A stretch of 62,851 nt of DNA, filler included, from Chiloscyllium plagiosum (taxonomy: Eukaryota), in NCBI RefSeq assembly GCF_004010195.1. It is 4 parts of 2 records of this genome, joined end to end, with 100 filler letters (N's around TTAATTAATTAA, not from the genome) between each part and the next. Parts side by side here need not be neighbours in the genome. Positions count along the whole stretch, not along the records: positions 55,683 to 62,851 come from NC_057714.1; 3 more parts are not named here. One strand, given 5' to 3'. Shown here in pieces: positions 59,776 to 62,851 of this stretch. Made by a program: the position numbers and the translations under genes. The notes beneath the pieces were generated by a model that saw only the letters and a program-made list of their open reading frames with translations, had not been told where the DNA came from and did no database searches. Every line of letters starts with the position of its first letter. Position 1 is the first letter of the stretch.

Positions 59776-61690
59776 ACAGTTTTGGTGTTGTCTGCAAACA
59801 TACTAACATGCCTTTAACATTGTCATTTACATAAATGATTTGGATGAGAAATGAAAGAAGACCCAGAACAGATTTCTATGGAACCCCGCTAGTCATAGAC
59901 CTCCATTCCAAAAAGCCCTCCTCCACCATTATTCTCTGTCTCCTGCCGTTAAGCCAGTTATATATTCAATTGACAAGCTCACCCTGAATCCCATGTGACC
60001 TAACTTTACTATTAGTCTACCATGTGGAACCTTGTCAATGGCTTTACTAAAATCCAAATCAACAAAGTCTACTGCTCTGCTATCATCAGCCTTTTTGGTA
60101 ACTTCCTCAAAAAACTCAAGTCAAGTTTGTGAGACACGATTTTCCTTGCACAAAACAATGCTGACTATCCCGAATCAATTTTTGTTTCTCTAAATGTTCC
60201 TAAATCCTATCTTTTATAATTGCCCCCAACAATATACCCACAACCAAAGTCAGACTCTCAGGTCTTTGGTTCCCCTGCTTCTCCTTACAACCTTTCTTCA
60301 ACAAATGTACAATATTAGCCACCCTCCAGCCATCAGGCACCTCATCCATCGATGATGCAAATATTTCTGCAAGGGGTATCATAATTTCCCTCTTACTTCC
60401 CACAACATTCTAGAATGCATTAGATCAGATCAGATAATGGCAATTTATCTGCCTTTATATTCTCTAAGACCTCCTGAACTTCCTCTTCTGTAATGTGAAG
60501 TGTTTTTAAAACCGCTGAGTTATTTCTCTGCATTCTCTAGACGCTATTTCTTTCCCCACAATAAAAACTGACGCAAAATATTCCTTTAGTATCTCTTCCA
60601 TCTTCTGGGGTTCAACGCAAAGGCTATCTCCTTGATCTTTAAGAGACACTGCCCCCTCTCTAGTTACCCTCTTGCTCTTATTGTATTCGTAGAATCTCTT
60701 CGGATTATACTTAACCTTTATCTGCCAATGCTATTTTATATCCCCTCTTTGCCTTCCTGATTTCTGTCTTAAGAATGCCACTAAAGTCCTTCTGTAGAGG
60801 AAGAGATTCGATTGAATCAAGTTGTCTATATCTAAAATAAGATTCTCTTTTACTCTTGACTAGAACCTCAATATCTTTATTCATCCATCATTCCTTAATC
60901 TTACCAGCCTTACCCTTCACTTTAACAGGAACAAAATGTTTCTGAACTCTCATTATCACACTCTTGAATGCCTCCCACTACTGCGACATCCATTTATCTG
61001 TGAACAGTCTACTCCAATCAACTTTTGAAAGTTCTAGTCTCATATTAAAATTTTGCTTACTCCAAGTAAAAGCCTTAACTTTTCTGGAGACTTGCCTTTT
61101 CCGTAACCATTTCGAAACTAATATAATTGTGATCACTAGACCCAAAGTGTTCCCCCACCTTTACTTCAGTCACCTCCCCTGCCTTATTGCCCAAACAAGA
61201 GTCTAATTTTGCTGCTTCTCTTGTGGGAGCATCCACATGTTGATAACATTTTCTTGAACACGTTTGACAAATTCTTCACCGTTCAAGCCTTTGACACTAT
61301 GGTAGTCTCAGTCAATGTTCGAAAATTAAATGCCATCATTATTACAACCTTATTATGCTTGTATGTATTTTAGATTTCCCTGCATATTTGTTTCTCTTAC
61401 TCTCTTACTACAGGGGGGATGCAATAGTGCAATTCCATCAAAGTGATCTTTCCTTTCTTATTTGTAATTGCTGCCCATATATTTTCACTGGAAGATTTTT
61501 CAGAAATATCTTCCCTAGTTACAGCAATAATGTATTCCTTAATCAAGAAACCACACCCTCACCCCCTTTCTTGCCTCCTTTTCTACCCTTTCCATTGCAT
61601 CTAAAAACAGGAACGTTGAGCTGCCAATCACCTCTCAGCCAAGATTCTGTAATATGTTGCACATGGACCAAGTCTTTATGCCACAATCAG
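59776..61690 (-). mobile_element. Older, heavily decayed CR1 ORF2
   Basis: Translation VPDGWRVANIVHLLKKG..; reverse-complement DFSKA-like and EN motifs. Confidence 0.8.
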
Positions 61691-61974
61691 TTCTAAGTAA
61701 ACAACACTGGAAGTTGCTCTAGGAAACAGCCTAAAGTTGTTAAAAAAAAATGTTTTATAGGTTAGGAGAACTAAGCAAGAGTTTTACCTCCCAAGACTTC
61801 CCTAAAGTGAGGGCGTTGTCAGAACAGGATACAAATTGTCAGTTTACAACACCAAGCTCCACGAGGGTGTTTGATTAGAATTCAGAATTTGCATGTTGGA
61901 CTGAAATCCAGTCAGAAACTGCCAAGAAACCAAACAGGTATAATCAACATAATTTAAAAAATCTCACTTAGTTA

Positions 61975-62270
61975 ACTTTTTTTAATTCTTTCACGGGATG
62001 CAGGTGTCATTGGCAAGGCAAGTTTTTGCTGTTGGCTCGTAAGTGCCCATGAAAAGTGTAATGAGCTACCTTTTTGAACTGTTGCAGTTAGTTTGATGTG
62101 GTATACTGTTTCGAAGGATTTCCCACGACATAATTCCCAGCATCTGACCTGCTCTCATCATGAACATATTTACATGGCTGATCTAGTTCCAGTTTCCACC
62201 AGATTCAGTAAGGCTCATGTCATTGAATGTCGAGGGGAAATGGTTAGACTCTCTCTTGTTGGCGTTATCA
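61975..62270 (-). mobile_element. L2/CR1-group LINE 3' remnant (family of 6262-7048)
   Basis: Reverse complement of the tail family, as at 11282. Confidence 0.6.
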
Positions 62271-62599
62271 TAATTCTTAATCATGGGAAACTTATTTACA
62301 TATTAGCATTTGAAATATTTCATCAGAGGCCATGTTCTATTTGAAAAGCCTGAAGGGATAGGCCATGCATATGTCCAGACTTGGGAAGATACTGATTTGC
62401 ACCTGAATATATAACTTCCAGGAGATGATGTCATTGTGAACAGCCAGCTTCAGGTTCACAAACTGCTAGGCTTTGAAATGCTCTTCTACATCGTAAAGAT
62501 ATTGAGAGAGTAAAACTGATAGTTGCTGAAATCTGTGTTTTTGTACCAAAGATTAAAAAAACTAAAGCATGAGCCTTCCAAATTTTCCTGCAAAATGTT

Positions 62600-62851
62600 C
62601 TGGCAGGCAGGTTTTCTACTGCAACACCGCTAGATTTAAACTAAGTACCGGGGGAAGGGGACAAGCTGGATGTTTAAAAAGGAAATTGAAGGGAAAGTTA
62701 GAACAAGAGAAGTCAAGAAAGACAACTGTATCAATGAGGCAGAAAACTCGGAAAGGCATCATGCTGTAAGGTTGAGTGAAGTAAGGGTTGATGGGAAGGG
62801 TGAGAGCAGTAACAAATTAAAAATACTATATATGAATGCACGAAGAATTAG
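62600..62851 (+). mobile_element. CR1 ORF1/ORF2 junction, running off the window
   Basis: ..gctagatttaaacta..; ends KILYMNARRI (CR1 EN start motif YxNARS). Confidence 0.6.

Overview
Eukaryotic (vertebrate) genomic DNA. The HE1-like SINEs and CR1/HER1-like LINEs point to a cartilaginous fish, probably a carpet or bamboo shark; this is inferred from repeat content. The only clear host gene is FAM110B, with a single coding exon on the minus strand (9077-10189, 370 aa). It has a strong splice acceptor and branch point at about 10473-10503, several upstream ATGs, a candidate poly(A) site near 8270 and a candidate 72-nt upstream 5'UTR exon at 31527-31598. Most of the window to the right is therefore probably FAM110B 5' intron. 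Roughly half of the sequence is decayed retroelements, often nested: many CR1 LINE copies, L2/CR1-like and Rex-Babar LINE remnants, one L1-clade LINE, tRNA-derived SINEs, Tc1/pogo-like MITEs and several Penelope-like element (PLE) families. The most notable hidden layer is about a dozen minimal type I hammerhead ribozyme motifs (CUGANGA-[N]-stem II-GAAA-palindromic stem III-NUH) from several PLE terminal-repeat families. Three have intact cores, and some sit in 93-200 bp non-coding mini-insertions with their own target-site duplications or fold-back structure. Three 100-bp N44-TTAATTAATTAA-N44 spacers are artificial. Repeat boundaries were read by eye and are approximate.
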